Under the pieces are notes generated by a model, which saw only the letters and a program-made list of their open reading frames with translations, did not search any database and was not told the DNA's origin. From the NCBI GenBank assembly GCA_014763835.1, contig JACXUQ010000001.1, positions 1 to 33,814 of the forward strand: a DNA stretch of 33,814 nt. The letters are read 5' to 3'. This document shows positions 10,905-20,452 of this stretch, piece by piece. Each line of letters begins with the position of its first letter. Position 1 is the stretch's first letter. The translations under genes were made by a program, and so were the position numbers. This stretch comes from Thiotrichales bacterium. Its GTDB lineage: Bacteria > Pseudomonadota > Gammaproteobacteria > Thiomicrospirales > Thiomicrospiraceae.

Positions 10905-11645
10905 ATGTTGCGTGAGGATTTGATTGCATACCTGCGTGAGTTTCTGCAGGTAAGTGAGTATAAAGACTATGCCCCGAATGGCCTGCAGGTTGAGGGTAAG
11001 TCGGAGATCAAGCGTATTGTGACCGGTGTGACGGCCTGCCAGGCACTGATTGATGCGGCGATTATGCGCAATGCCGATGCGATTATGGTGCATCACGGTT
11101 ATTTCTGGAAAAGTGAGCCGGTCGAGATTGTCGGCTTCAAACAGAAGCGCATCAAGAGTCTGTTGGCGCACGACATCAATCTGCTGGCGTATCACTTGCC
11201 GCTGGACGGTCATCCGGAATTGGGCAACAATGCCATGCTCGGCAAGCTCTGGGGCTTGGAAGATGTTACGCCGCAACCCGGCCTGTTGAGATTGGGAAGA
11301 TTGCCCGAAGCGCAATCGATAGAAGCATTTTTGACGAATGTTTCCGCAAGTTTGAACAGGCCGGTTCTGCATTTGCCGGGCGGCCCTGAAAGGGTGCAAA
11401 CCATCGCCTGGTGCAGTGGTGGTGCGCAGGGTTATATCGACCAGGCCATTGCTTGGGGGGCGGATGTCTATATTAGCGGCGAGGTATCGGAGCAGACGAC
11501 GCATTTGGCGGCGGAAGGCGGCATTCACTATCTGGCGGCAGGACATCATGCAACGGAACGCTTGGGTATCAAGGCGTTGGGTGAGCATTTGGCGGAAACC
11601 TTTGGGCTGGATGTGGAGTTTGTGGATATTGCCAATCCGGTTTGA
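10905..11645 (+). CDS. ybgI: Nif3-like dinuclear metal centre protein (YbgI/DUF34)
   Basis: DYAPNGLQVEG, VHHGYFW, YHLPLDGH, GHHATER. Confidence 0.93.
   Translation: MLREDLIAYLREFLQVSEYKDYAPNGLQVEGKSEIKRIVTGVTACQALIDAAIMRNADAIMVHHGYFWKSEPVEIVGFKQKRIKSLLAHDINLLAYHLPLDGHPELGNNAMLGKLWGLEDVTPQPGLLRLGRLPEAQSIEAFLTNVSASLNRPVLHLPGGPERVQTIAWCSGGAQGYIDQAIAWGADVYISGEVSEQTTHLAAEGGIHYLAAGHHATERLGIKALGEHLAETFGLDVEFVDIANPV
11276..11290 (-). repeat. Copy of the dispersed motif CTCAACAGGCCGGGT inside the Nif3 gene
   Basis: Plus strand ACCCGGCCTGTTGAG, identical to 15779-15793. Confidence 0.85.
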
Positions 11646-11811
11646 GTTGGCAAAAAGTCTATGGAGGGTGTAAAAACCCAGTAATTAAATAATTAAATGG
11701 CCTTTTATAGATAAAATTTATTTTTATAGGTATAAGTAGATTGGGATTTAAGTTTGCCCGTCGGTTGGGTAGAATACGGTTCATTTCCTTGTGAACAATA
11801 GGAAGACAGTT

Positions 11812-12426
11812 ATGTCGGTAACAGATAAAAATACAGGCGTGGATTTGAAACGCCGGAAAATCCTAACGGGCGCAACAGGGGTCGTGGGTGCGGCCGGGGC
11901 TACCTTTTTAGCGGTGCCTTTTGTCAGTTCTTGGCAACCGAGTGAAAAAGCCAAAGCGGCGGGCGCACCGGTGGATATTGATTTGCAGGCTTTGCAACCC
12001 GGGCAGATGTTGACGGTTTCATGGCGCGGCAAACCGGTGTGGGTGGTGCGTCGCACCCCTGAAATGCTGGCAAATCTGGCGTCATTGGATGGGAAATTGC
12101 GTGATCCTGCTTCACAAGAGTCCATTCAGCCTGGCTATTGTCAGAATGCAACCCGTGCGGTGAATCCAGAGTATCTGGTTGTGGTCGGCATCTGTACCCA
12201 TTTGGGGTGTGCACCTTTGTATCGTCCGGCGATCGGTTCGCCGGATGTCGGGGCGGATTGGCAAGGCGGTTTCTTCTGCCCGTGTCACGGCTCGCGTTTC
12301 GACTTGGCCGGTCGAGTTTTCCAATCGGTGCCTGCGCCGACTAACCTGGAAATTCCGCCACATCGTTTTATCAATGATCACCTAGTGCGTATCGGTGAAG
12401 ATCCTCAACAAGAAGGAGTGGCTTAA
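11812..12426 (+). CDS. petA: Ubiquinol-cytochrome c reductase Rieske Fe-S subunit
   Basis: Twin-Arg signal KRRKIL, CTHLGC and CPCHGS boxes. ATG at 11812 preferred over GTG at 11791. Confidence 0.97.
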   Translation: MSVTDKNTGVDLKRRKILTGATGVVGAAGATFLAVPFVSSWQPSEKAKAAGAPVDIDLQALQPGQMLTVSWRGKPVWVVRRTPEMLANLASLDGKLRDPASQESIQPGYCQNATRAVNPEYLVVVGICTHLGCAPLYRPAIGSPDVGADWQGGFFCPCHGSRFDLAGRVFQSVPAPTNLEIPPHRFINDHLVRIGEDPQQEGVA

Positions 12427-13664
12427 TGTCTTACCAAGACCAACCACAAACCAAACGTGCGTCCTTATTGTCATGGCTGGATCGTCGTTATCCGATCGTC
12501 AGCACGTGGAACGAACACGTAGGCGAATATTACGCGCCTAAAAACTTCAACTTCTGGTATTTCTTCGGCTCTTTGGCCTTGCTGGTGCTGGTGAATCAGT
12601 TTATCACCGGTATCTGGCTGACGATGAGTTATAAGCCGAGTGCGGCGGAGGCCTTCAACTCCATCGAATACATTATGCGTGATGTGGAATGGGGTTGGTT
12701 GATTCGTTATATGCACTCCACCGGCGCGTCCGCGTTCTTTATCGTCATTTATCTGCACATGATGCGCGGTTTGTTATACGGCTCTTATAAAGAGCCACGT
12801 GAATTGGTGTGGATTCTCGGGATGTTCCTGTTCCTGGTGTTGATGGCGGAAGCCTTTATGGGCTATCTGTTGCCTTGGGGGCAGATGTCTTACTGGGGTG
12901 CGCAGGTTATCATCTCGTTGTTCGGTGCGATTCCGGTCATCGGGCCTGATCTGGCGTTGTGGGTGCGCGGTGATTTCGTTATCTCCGATGCGACCTTGAA
13001 CCGTTTCTTTGCACTGCACGTCATTGCCTTGCCATTGGTGCTGATTATCCTGGTATTCATGCATATCGTCGCTTTGCACAAGGTGGGGTCTAACAACCCG
13101 GATGGCGTGGAAATCAAAAAATACAAGAATGAAGCGGGTCTGCCGATCGACGGTATTCCGTTCCATCCTTACTATTCGGTCAAAGACTCATTCGGTGCAG
13201 TCTTCTTTATGATTCCGTTTGCGTTGATTGTCTTCTATTGGCCGGAAGGCGGTGGATTCTTCCTGGAACCACCCAACTTTGAGCCGGCCAATCCGTTGAA
13301 GACGCCAGAGCATATTGCACCGGTATGGTATTTCACTCCATACTATGCGATTTTGCGTGCGGTGCCGGACAAGTTTTTGGGTGTGGTCGCCATGGGCGCG
13401 GCGATTGCGGTGTTGTTTGCCATGCCGTGGCTGGATCGTTGTAAGGTGAAGTCGATCCGCTACCGTGGTACTTCCTTTAAATTGCTGTTGACCATGTTTG
13501 TGGTGAGCTTTGTGGTACTGGGTTATTTGGGAACGCAGCCTGCAACGCCTGAATTGACTAAGTTGGCGCAGATTTTTACCGTCTTGTATTTTGCGTTCTT
13601 CCTAGTTCTGCCGTTTACCTCCGTGCATGAACAGACCAAGCCTGTACCAGAGAGGGTTCACTAA
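12426..13664 (+). CDS. petB: Cytochrome b
   Basis: RYMHSTGAS...YLH, LPWGQMSYWGA, FFALH, PVWY. TAATG coupling with petA. Confidence 0.98.
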   Translation: MSYQDQPQTKRASLLSWLDRRYPIVSTWNEHVGEYYAPKNFNFWYFFGSLALLVLVNQFITGIWLTMSYKPSAAEAFNSIEYIMRDVEWGWLIRYMHSTGASAFFIVIYLHMMRGLLYGSYKEPRELVWILGMFLFLVLMAEAFMGYLLPWGQMSYWGAQVIISLFGAIPVIGPDLALWVRGDFVISDATLNRFFALHVIALPLVLIILVFMHIVALHKVGSNNPDGVEIKKYKNEAGLPIDGIPFHPYYSVKDSFGAVFFMIPFALIVFYWPEGGGFFLEPPNFEPANPLKTPEHIAPVWYFTPYYAILRAVPDKFLGVVAMGAAIAVLFAMPWLDRCKVKSIRYRGTSFKLLLTMFVVSFVVLGYLGTQPATPELTKLAQIFTVLYFAFFLVLPFTSVHEQTKPVPERVH

Positions 13665-14329
13665 TGAAAAAAATCATCTGGATATTGAGTTTTTCGGCCA
13701 CTCTTTTGGCCATGCCGTTTACGACCCAAGCGGCAGGTGGCCCCGGCATTGAATTGGAACCGGCCCATAACAATCTGCGCGATGCGGACTCTTTGCAGCG
13801 CGGTGCTGTGTTGTTCTCCAACTACTGCATGGCGTGTCATTCGGCCAAATACATACGCTACAACCGTATCGCCAGAGATATCGGCTGGAGCGATGAGCAA
13901 GTTATACAGCAGATGGCGTACGGCCTGAATAAAGTGGTGGATGAAGTACAAACCCGCATGTTACCGGGTGTGGCAATGGATGTGCTGGGAACGGAGCCGC
14001 CGGATCTGTCGTTGATGGCTCGCTTGAAAGGCACAGATTACATCTATACTTTCCTGCGCGCCTATCATCAGGATGAAAACGGTAACTGGGATAACACCGT
14101 GCTTAAAGGAACTTCCATGCCAAACGTATTGGAAGGCATTCAGCGTCACGCGTCTGCGGAAGACTATGCACAAGCCGCGCGTGATATCGCTAACTTCCTC
14201 GAGTATGTGGGCGAACCGGCCAAAATGGATCGTATGGATCTAGGCTGGAAAGTCATCGCTTTCCTGTTGGTGCTGTTGCTATTGACTTACGTGCTCAAAA
14301 AAGAGTATTGGAGAGATATTAAGCATTAA
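13664..14329 (+). CDS. petC: Cytochrome c1
   Basis: Signal peptide, CMACH, PPDLSL, SMP axial Met, C-terminal TM followed by KKEYW. Confidence 0.96.
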   Translation: MKKIIWILSFSATLLAMPFTTQAAGGPGIELEPAHNNLRDADSLQRGAVLFSNYCMACHSAKYIRYNRIARDIGWSDEQVIQQMAYGLNKVVDEVQTRMLPGVAMDVLGTEPPDLSLMARLKGTDYIYTFLRAYHQDENGNWDNTVLKGTSMPNVLEGIQRHASAEDYAQAARDIANFLEYVGEPAKMDRMDLGWKVIAFLLVLLLLTYVLKKEYWRDIKH

Positions 14330-14345
14330 GCAGAACTCCTGTTTC

Positions 14346-14376
14346 AGAGCCCGCTAAATAGCGGGCTTTTTGTTTT
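14346..14376 (+). terminator. Intrinsic terminator of petABC
   Basis: AGCCCGCT-AAAT-AGCGGGCT followed by TTTTGTTTT. Confidence 0.85.
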
Positions 14377-14418
14377 TATGGCGATAAAATAGAGCCATTG
14401 TCAGAATGAGGATCAAGC

Positions 14419-15777
14419 ATGGCCAAAATCAAGAATGCTTATGTCTGCACCGAGTGCGGTGCCGAGCATAGCCAATGGCAGGGGCAGTGCATGGCCTGCA
14501 AGGCTTGGAACACCCTGAAAGAAATTAAGCTCGGAACAAGCAAAACCAAAACCCAACAGGCCGGGTATGCCGGGGCGGGTGACAATCAGGTCAAACATAT
14601 TCATGAGGTCGATCTGGCCGAGGTGCCGCGTCTGGATTCGTCCATGAGTGAGTTGGATCGGGTATTGGGTGGTGGCATTGTGCCCGGGTCGGTGGTGTTG
14701 GTCGGCGGCGATCCCGGCGTGGGGAAGTCGTCGATTCTGTTGCAGGTCATGTGCGAACTTAGTACGCGCATGAAAGTGCTCTATGTGACCGGCGAGGAGT
14801 CGTTGCAGCAGGTGGCGATGCGCGCCAAGCGTATGCAGTTGCCGGACGAGCATTTGCGGCTGTTGACCGAAACAGATGTCGAGGCGATTACGCAGGCGGC
14901 AGTGAAGGAACAGCCTAAAGTGATGGTGGTCGATTCCATTCAAACCATGCAGTTGGCGGAAGTGGCTAGCGCGGCAGGCGGGGTGTCGCAGGTGCGCGAA
15001 ACCGCGGCTTTTCTAACGCGTTTTGCCAAACAGAATAATATTGCGGTGTTTCTGGTCGGGCATGTGACCAAGTCGGGCGATGTGGCCGGTCCACGCGTGT
15101 TGGAGCATATTGTGGATACGGTGCTGTTTCTGGAGGGGCAGTCCGACAGCCGTTTCAGAACCTTGCGGGCTATTAAAAACCGTTTTGGCGCGGTCAATGA
15201 ATTGGGCGTGTTTGCCATGACCGAAAAGGGCATGAAGCAGATCAAAAACCCCTCGGCGATTTTTCTGTCGCGCGGCGACGAGCCGGCACCCGGTTCGGTG
15301 GTGATGGTGATCTGGGAAGGCTCGCGCCCCTTGCTGGTGGAGATTCAGGCGCTGGTGGATGAATCGCCTTACGGCTCTCCGCGTCGGGTTACCGTGGGGT
15401 TGGATCAGAACCGTATTGCCATGCTGTTGGCGGTCATGCATCGTCATGGTGGTGTGCAGGCGGGCGATCAGGATGTGTATGTGAACGTGGTCGGCGGCGT
15501 TAAAGTGAGCGAAACCAGTGCCGATTTGGCGTTGTTGTCGGCGATTTTGTCGAGTATGCGCAATCGCCCTCTGCCGCAGGAGTTGATTATTTTCGGCGAG
15601 GTAGGTTTGGCGGGCGAGATTCGTCCGGTACCAAGCGGGCAAGAGAGGATTATCGAAGCCGCCAAACACGGCTTTAAGCGGGCCATTGTGCCGTTGGCGA
15701 ATGTGCCGAAGGGGGGCGTGCCGGGGATGCAGATTTCGGGTGTTAAGACCTTGCAGCAGGCTTTGGATTTATTATAA
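14419..15777 (+). CDS. radA: DNA repair protein RadA/Sms
   Basis: C4 zinc finger CTECG...CMAC, Walker A GDPGVGKS, KNRFG, Lon-like C-terminus. Confidence 0.98.
   Translation: MAKIKNAYVCTECGAEHSQWQGQCMACKAWNTLKEIKLGTSKTKTQQAGYAGAGDNQVKHIHEVDLAEVPRLDSSMSELDRVLGGGIVPGSVVLVGGDPGVGKSSILLQVMCELSTRMKVLYVTGEESLQQVAMRAKRMQLPDEHLRLLTETDVEAITQAAVKEQPKVMVVDSIQTMQLAEVASAAGGVSQVRETAAFLTRFAKQNNIAVFLVGHVTKSGDVAGPRVLEHIVDTVLFLEGQSDSRFRTLRAIKNRFGAVNELGVFAMTEKGMKQIKNPSAIFLSRGDEPAPGSVVMVIWEGSRPLLVEIQALVDESPYGSPRRVTVGLDQNRIAMLLAVMHRHGGVQAGDQDVYVNVVGGVKVSETSADLALLSAILSSMRNRPLPQELIIFGEVGLAGEIRPVPSGQERIIEAAKHGFKRAIVPLANVPKGGVPGMQISGVKTLQQALDLL
14548..14567 (+). repeat. Copy of the dispersed motif in the radA linker
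   Basis: AAAACCCAACAGGCCGGGTA, 19/20 identical to 33684-33703. Confidence 0.85.
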
Positions 15778-15778
15778 G

Positions 15779-15797
15779 ACCCGGCCTGTTGAGTTTT
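15779..15797 (-). repeat. Copy of the dispersed motif immediately after the radA stop
   Basis: Reverse complement is AAAACTCAACAGGCCGGGT, 19/19 identical to 33684-33702. Confidence 0.9.
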
Positions 15798-15936
15798 GTG
15801 GGAGCGATTTAGCGGGTTTATCAACGTGGCAGTATTTTTAATGCGAGTTAATCACGAAGCCTTGCTACAATTGGCCTGTTTACGCATTTTTATTTACAGG
15901 TTGTGCGGTAAGAAAATAGAAGACAGAGGAGTGGTC

Positions 15937-17130
15937 ATGACAGTACAGCGATTCCAATTCAATCCGAAAGGATTATTACAGCTTTCCATTGCCATGGCAT
16001 GCGGTTTGAATGCTGGCCTGGCGCAGGCATCCGGTTTTGCATTGATTGAGCAAAGCGCCAGCGGGCAGGGCCTATCGTATGCCGGCGCCGCCGCCAATAC
16101 CGAAGATGCCAGCGTGATGTGGTTCAATGCGGCCGGTCTGACCGAAATTGAAGGCAGTCAGGGGATTGTGGGCATGCATGTGATTTTGCCAAAAACAAAA
16201 TACACCGATACGGCAACGGGTGATAGCGATACGCCCTCTACAACGGGCTTGGTTCCTAATATTTACTGGAAAGGCCAATACGGCAACTATGCCTTAGGCT
16301 TTGGTTTGAATGTGCCTTATGGTCAAAAGTTGGAGTATGCGGATGACTGGACGGGTAAATATCATGCTCTTAAAACGGATCTCAAGTCTGTTAACCTAAA
16401 CGCCAATGTTGCCAGAAAATTGAATGAATCCACTTCAATCGGTTTTGGTTTGAATGCTATGTATGTTGATCTGAACATGACTCAGCTCACGTCCCCAACG
16501 ACTACTGGGACAATCAAAGCTAATAGCTGGGGGTATGGATATAACATTGGGTTGTTAAGCCATCCTGCTGCCAATACGCGCCTTGGCTTGGCCTACCGCT
16601 CAGAAGTGGTGCAAAATGCGCAAGGTACGTACAACGGTACAACTGATATTACTTCGGATGTGACATTGCCGGCCACTGCTAGTTTAAGTATCTCACAGGG
16701 TGTCAGCGATAAAATTACGCTTTTGGCTGATGCAACGTGGACAAACTGGAAGGCCTATGATGAGTTAGTCATTAAAACCTCATTAGGTACCTTGTCTGAA
16801 ACGAATCAGAACTTTAAAGATAGTATGCGTTATTCGCTCGGCATGATTTATGACTTTAGCGACAAGTGGAAGTTAAGAACCGGTCTAGCGTATGACGAGA
16901 CGCCTGTTCCTGATGCGGAAAGCCGTTCACCACGCACGCCTGATAGTAATAAAACCTGGGCTTCAATCGGGTTTAACTACAAATTCTCGACAGCGATGAG
17001 CATGGATTTTGGTTATAGTCATCTGTTTACACAAAAGGTGGGAATCAATAAATCAACGCCTACTGCCTTAGTGGGGGAGTATGAAACTTCGGTTGATATA
17101 CTCAGTGCCCAATTGGTGTGGAATTATTGA
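15937..17130 (+). CDS. fadL: OmpP1/FadL family outer membrane transporter
   Basis: Signal peptide ending AQA, SGFALIEQSASGQGLSYAG hatch, LRTGLAYDETP, RSPRTPDS, aromatic C-terminus. ATG at 15937 after GAGGAG. Confidence 0.88.
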   Translation: MTVQRFQFNPKGLLQLSIAMACGLNAGLAQASGFALIEQSASGQGLSYAGAAANTEDASVMWFNAAGLTEIEGSQGIVGMHVILPKTKYTDTATGDSDTPSTTGLVPNIYWKGQYGNYALGFGLNVPYGQKLEYADDWTGKYHALKTDLKSVNLNANVARKLNESTSIGFGLNAMYVDLNMTQLTSPTTTGTIKANSWGYGYNIGLLSHPAANTRLGLAYRSEVVQNAQGTYNGTTDITSDVTLPATASLSISQGVSDKITLLADATWTNWKAYDELVIKTSLGTLSETNQNFKDSMRYSLGMIYDFSDKWKLRTGLAYDETPVPDAESRSPRTPDSNKTWASIGFNYKFSTAMSMDFGYSHLFTQKVGINKSTPTALVGEYETSVDILSAQLVWNY

Positions 17131-17150
17131 GTTGCTTTAGATTTCAAAAT

Positions 17151-17181
17151 AAAAAAACCGAACTTTATGTTCGGTTTTTTT
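17151..17181. terminator. Bidirectional terminator between convergent fadL and IMPase genes
   Basis: AAAAAAACCGAAC-TTTAT-GTTCGGTTTTTTT. Confidence 0.88.
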
Positions 17182-17199
17182 ATGCCTGGCGTTTGGATT

Positions 17200-18018
17200 T
17201 TACATTGACGCTTGTTCGATATGTGCAATCCATTGAGCGAAGAGTTCAGGTGTGGTGGCTGCCACGGCAGAGCGTTTGACGACCTGCGGGGTTACGACCA
17301 CTTCGCCGTCAAGTGTACTGCTTTGTCCGCCGGCTTCATGCAGAATTAACCAGCCCGCCGCATAGTCCCATATATTTTGTGCGCCGTGCAGATAGAGTTG
17401 ACCGCGTCCGGCGGCAATCCAGCACCAGTCCAAAGCGACCGAGCCAAAGCTGCGCTGGGAGGAATAAGGTGAATGGGTGGCCAAATTGGCGGCCAAAGGC
17501 GCTTTAAGACGTTTAAAGTCGATAATGCCGCTGCACTGTTTAAGCAATGTTTTGGTGGTGTGGGCTTTGAGCGGTTTGCTGTTCAATTCTGTGCCTTGGC
17601 CGAGGCGTGCCGCAAAGAGTTCATTGCGGCTCGGGTCATACACCAGTCCGGCCACAAGTTTACCCTGGATCATCAGCGCCAGTGAAACAGCGTAGAAAGG
17701 AATGCCGCTGGCAAAGTTACTGGTGCCGTCCACCGGGTCGAGAATCCAGCAGCCCGCTTCGCTATTCATGGCAGCTTCCTGCTCTTCGGTACTGGATTCT
17801 TCCCCCAGAAAAGCAAATTGTGGCCAGTGCTGCTCTAAAAAAGCGGCCGTATGAATTTGCATCTGCATGTCGGCTTCGGTCAGCAGGGAGCCGTCATCTT
17901 TGGTTTCATAACCGACCTTTTCAAAGCGCGCCAGCACCTCTTGTTGTCCAAGGGTGACAATGCCTTGCTTGAGTTGCTGCCAGGCCGATTCATGTTGAAA
18001 GGGGTGGTTGATGTGCAT
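17200..18018 (-). CDS. Inositol monophosphatase family protein (SuhB/CysQ/HisN superfamily)
   Basis: LGEE, WILDPVDGTSNF and WDYAAG motifs. Substrate cannot be assigned from sequence. Confidence 0.88.
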   Translation of the reverse strand: MHINHPFQHESAWQQLKQGIVTLGQQEVLARFEKVGYETKDDGSLLTEADMQMQIHTAAFLEQHWPQFAFLGEESSTEEQEAAMNSEAGCWILDPVDGTSNFASGIPFYAVSLALMIQGKLVAGLVYDPSRNELFAARLGQGTELNSKPLKAHTTKTLLKQCSGIIDFKRLKAPLAANLATHSPYSSQRSFGSVALDWCWIAAGRGQLYLHGAQNIWDYAAGWLILHEAGGQSSTLDGEVVVTPQVVKRSAVAATTPELFAQWIAHIEQASM

Positions 18019-18029
18019 AAATGACGGTC

Positions 18030-19301
18030 TTAGTTTTTGGATAAATCGATGAGTTTGACGCGCTCGATCGCATTGGAGGAGGTGTCCAGCACTTCGAGGA
18101 TATAGTCGTCCACGCGAATACAGGTCCCCACGGTAGGGAGTGATTCAAGTTGCTCCTGAATCAGGCCGTTCAGCGTTTTGGGGCCATCCGTCGGCAAGGT
18201 GAAGTTGTATTCTTTGTTGAGTTCGCGGATAAATTCGCCGGCGTCGAAGGTCCAGGAACCATCCTCGTTCATCACGGTCGTCTCTTCCTGTTTGGATTTG
18301 GCGTCAGTAGAGAGTTTGCCGACAATCTCCTCAAGCAGGTCTTCCATCGTCAGCAAGCCTTGAATATCACCGTATTCATCGACAATCAGCGCCATACGGC
18401 GTTTGTTCTTGTTGAAACGGTTCAACTGGATATTAAGCGAAGTGGTTTCCGGCACAAAGTAAGCAGGCCGGGTCAGTTTGACAATATCCTTCAGGCTGAC
18501 ATCGGCGCGCATCAGAGTCGGCAAGGCGCGGCGCAGGTTGAGAATGCCGATCAGGTCGTCATCAATCGAACCGCGGTACAGTGGTATACGTGTATAAGGT
18601 GATTTCTGAATGGCTTTGAGAATCGCCTCGAGCGGTTGGTCGATATTGACGCCATAGACCTCCTGTTTGGGGATCATGACATCTTCAACGGTGACGCTTT
18701 CCAGTTGCAGAATGCTGGTGAGCATGCTGCGGTACTCTTTCGGCAGCTGTCCGGTCGCTTCGTCGATCAGGGTTTGCAGCTCTTCGTGACTCAGGGAGTG
18801 CTGGTCGTCATCCTGCTTGAGTTTGGCGCCCATGAGTCTCAGGAAGCCGTTGGCGAAGAAGTTCACCAGCCAGACAATCGGCGAAAGTAGTTTCAGTAGA
18901 GGTTCCAGCAGATAGGCGGCAGGATAGGCGATGCGTTCAGGATAAATGGCTGCGAGCGTTTTCGGAGCCACTTCGGCAAATACGAGGATGACCAATGTCA
19001 ACAGGCCGGCTGCCAGGGCAATGCCGCCTTCACCGAACAGTCGCAAAGCGATAATGGTGGCGATCGAGGAGGCGAAGATATTGACGAAGTTGTTGCCAAG
19101 CAGGATAACGCCGAGCAGGCGGTCAGGCGATTTGAGAAGTTTCTGCGCCTTGATGGCGGATTTGTGTCCGGACTTGGCTTTGTGTTTGAGGCGGTAGCGG
19201 TTAAGCGCCATCATGCCGGTTTCGGAACTGGAAAACAGCGCCGACAAAATAATGAGTAGCAGCAGGATGCCAAACAGTATAGGGGTGTCTAAAGTATTCA
19301 A
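18030..19301 (-). CDS. yfjD: HlyC/CorC (CNNM) family transporter with DUF21, CBS and CorC domains
   Basis: FSSSETGMM, ILLGNNFVNI, FAEVAPKT, VDEYGDIQGLLTMEDLLEEIVG. Synteny with ypjD-ffh. Confidence 0.88.
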   Translation of the reverse strand: MNTLDTPILFGILLLLIILSALFSSSETGMMALNRYRLKHKAKSGHKSAIKAQKLLKSPDRLLGVILLGNNFVNIFASSIATIIALRLFGEGGIALAAGLLTLVILVFAEVAPKTLAAIYPERIAYPAAYLLEPLLKLLSPIVWLVNFFANGFLRLMGAKLKQDDDQHSLSHEELQTLIDEATGQLPKEYRSMLTSILQLESVTVEDVMIPKQEVYGVNIDQPLEAILKAIQKSPYTRIPLYRGSIDDDLIGILNLRRALPTLMRADVSLKDIVKLTRPAYFVPETTSLNIQLNRFNKNKRRMALIVDEYGDIQGLLTMEDLLEEIVGKLSTDAKSKQEETTVMNEDGSWTFDAGEFIRELNKEYNFTLPTDGPKTLNGLIQEQLESLPTVGTCIRVDDYILEVLDTSSNAIERVKLIDLSKN

Positions 19302-19452
19302 TGGGGTTCGATAAAATAATGAATCGGACTGGAATTATAGCGGTTAATCAAGCTATAAAAAAGGGTTGGTGCTATTTAAAACGTCTTTAGAGAAGACGCT
19401 TAATTTTGTAACCTGTTATTTTTTAATGAGTATTTTGTTCGACGTTTGGCTG

Positions 19453-20235
19453 TTAGCCCATCTGGTAGAGAATGATTTCGGTGCCGATATAGCTCAGAAC
19501 CAGGAAAATATAGGCCCAGATGGCGTATCGGGCGGCCTTTTGACCGCGCCAGCCGCGTTGGAAGTGGCCGATCAGCAGCAAGGCATAAACCACCCAGGCG
19601 AGAATGGCGAAGAAGGTTTTATGTACCAAATGCTGCGCGAACAGGTTCTCGATAAAAAATGCACCGCTGAGCAGGGCGAAACTTAGGAAGATAAATCCGA
19701 TGACAATTAGCTGAATCAGTGTTTTTTCCATGGTTTGCAGCGGCGGCAGGGCTTTGAGCACAATGCCGAGCTGTTTTTTGCGGAAGCGGCGCTCCTGAAT
19801 GCTGTAAAGAATCGCCTGAGCGGTCGCCAGCCCCATAATGCTGTAGGCGGAGATGGAAATCAGCACATGACTGCCTAGCTCATAAGGCAGCGGGTGAATA
19901 TCTTGCAGACCGAACGGGAACAGCGTCGAAAACGCCGCCAGCGGGAAAATAAAAATCCCGAGTGTTTCGGTGTGCTTGTTGAGGTTGGTGAACAACAGGA
20001 TGGTGCTTGCCAGCCAGGCGATCAACGACAGCCCGTTGCCGAGCCCGAATTCGATTTGTGCGCCTTTGAGCAGTGTGGCGCTCAAGGCGATCGCATGCAA
20101 GATAACCGCCACCCCGGCGGTCAGCAGGATTTTGTGGCGCAGGGTCTGCTGGGTTTGAATTTGTTTCCAGATAAACAGGCTGGCAAACAGATAAAACAGA
20201 CTGGCGATGATGGCGCTAAAGCCGCTTAAAACCAT
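19453..20235 (-). CDS. ypjD: CcsA-like inner membrane protein
   Basis: LPPLQTME, HKTFFAILAW, GWRG, YIG. Divergent from ffh. ATG at 20235 preferred. Confidence 0.85.
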   Translation of the reverse strand: MVLSGFSAIIASLFYLFASLFIWKQIQTQQTLRHKILLTAGVAVILHAIALSATLLKGAQIEFGLGNGLSLIAWLASTILLFTNLNKHTETLGIFIFPLAAFSTLFPFGLQDIHPLPYELGSHVLISISAYSIMGLATAQAILYSIQERRFRKKQLGIVLKALPPLQTMEKTLIQLIVIGFIFLSFALLSGAFFIENLFAQHLVHKTFFAILAWVVYALLLIGHFQRGWRGQKAARYAIWAYIFLVLSYIGTEIILYQMG

Positions 20236-20452
20236 GGGGAGACCCTGTGAAAATTTTAATGAATAAACCGTATTCTGTGACGCAGGTGGCATTCAATGAT
20301 GCAAGAAGACATCTGTAAATGGGTATGTGCAACCATTGAAGCGATATTTTCGCTATAATAGCGGAATTACAGTTTGAATAGAAGACCGTGCCGATAAACG
20401 CGTAGTTTGCGCATGAAATTATATCGGCAGGCGGTTGTTGCAGGAGTGTGTC

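Noticed and set aside
11680-11745. AT-rich tract upstream of petA resembling an OxyR/LysR site
   Set aside because: The ATAG spacing does not fit the OxyR pattern, and the match is too degenerate in AT-rich DNA.
13319-13330. PVWY instead of PEWY in cytochrome b
   Set aside because: This is a known common variant in beta- and gammaproteobacterial bc1 complexes.
15796-15936. N-terminal extensions in the ORF track (fadL; also kdsC, mlaF, ypjD, ffh, rplS)
   Set aside because: Downstream ATGs give family-typical N-termini, most with a clear RBS, so the extensions are longest-ORF artefacts.
20390-20397. GCCGATAA sigma28-like -10 element upstream of ffh
   Set aside because: There is no correctly spaced TAAA -35 element, so it is probably chance.
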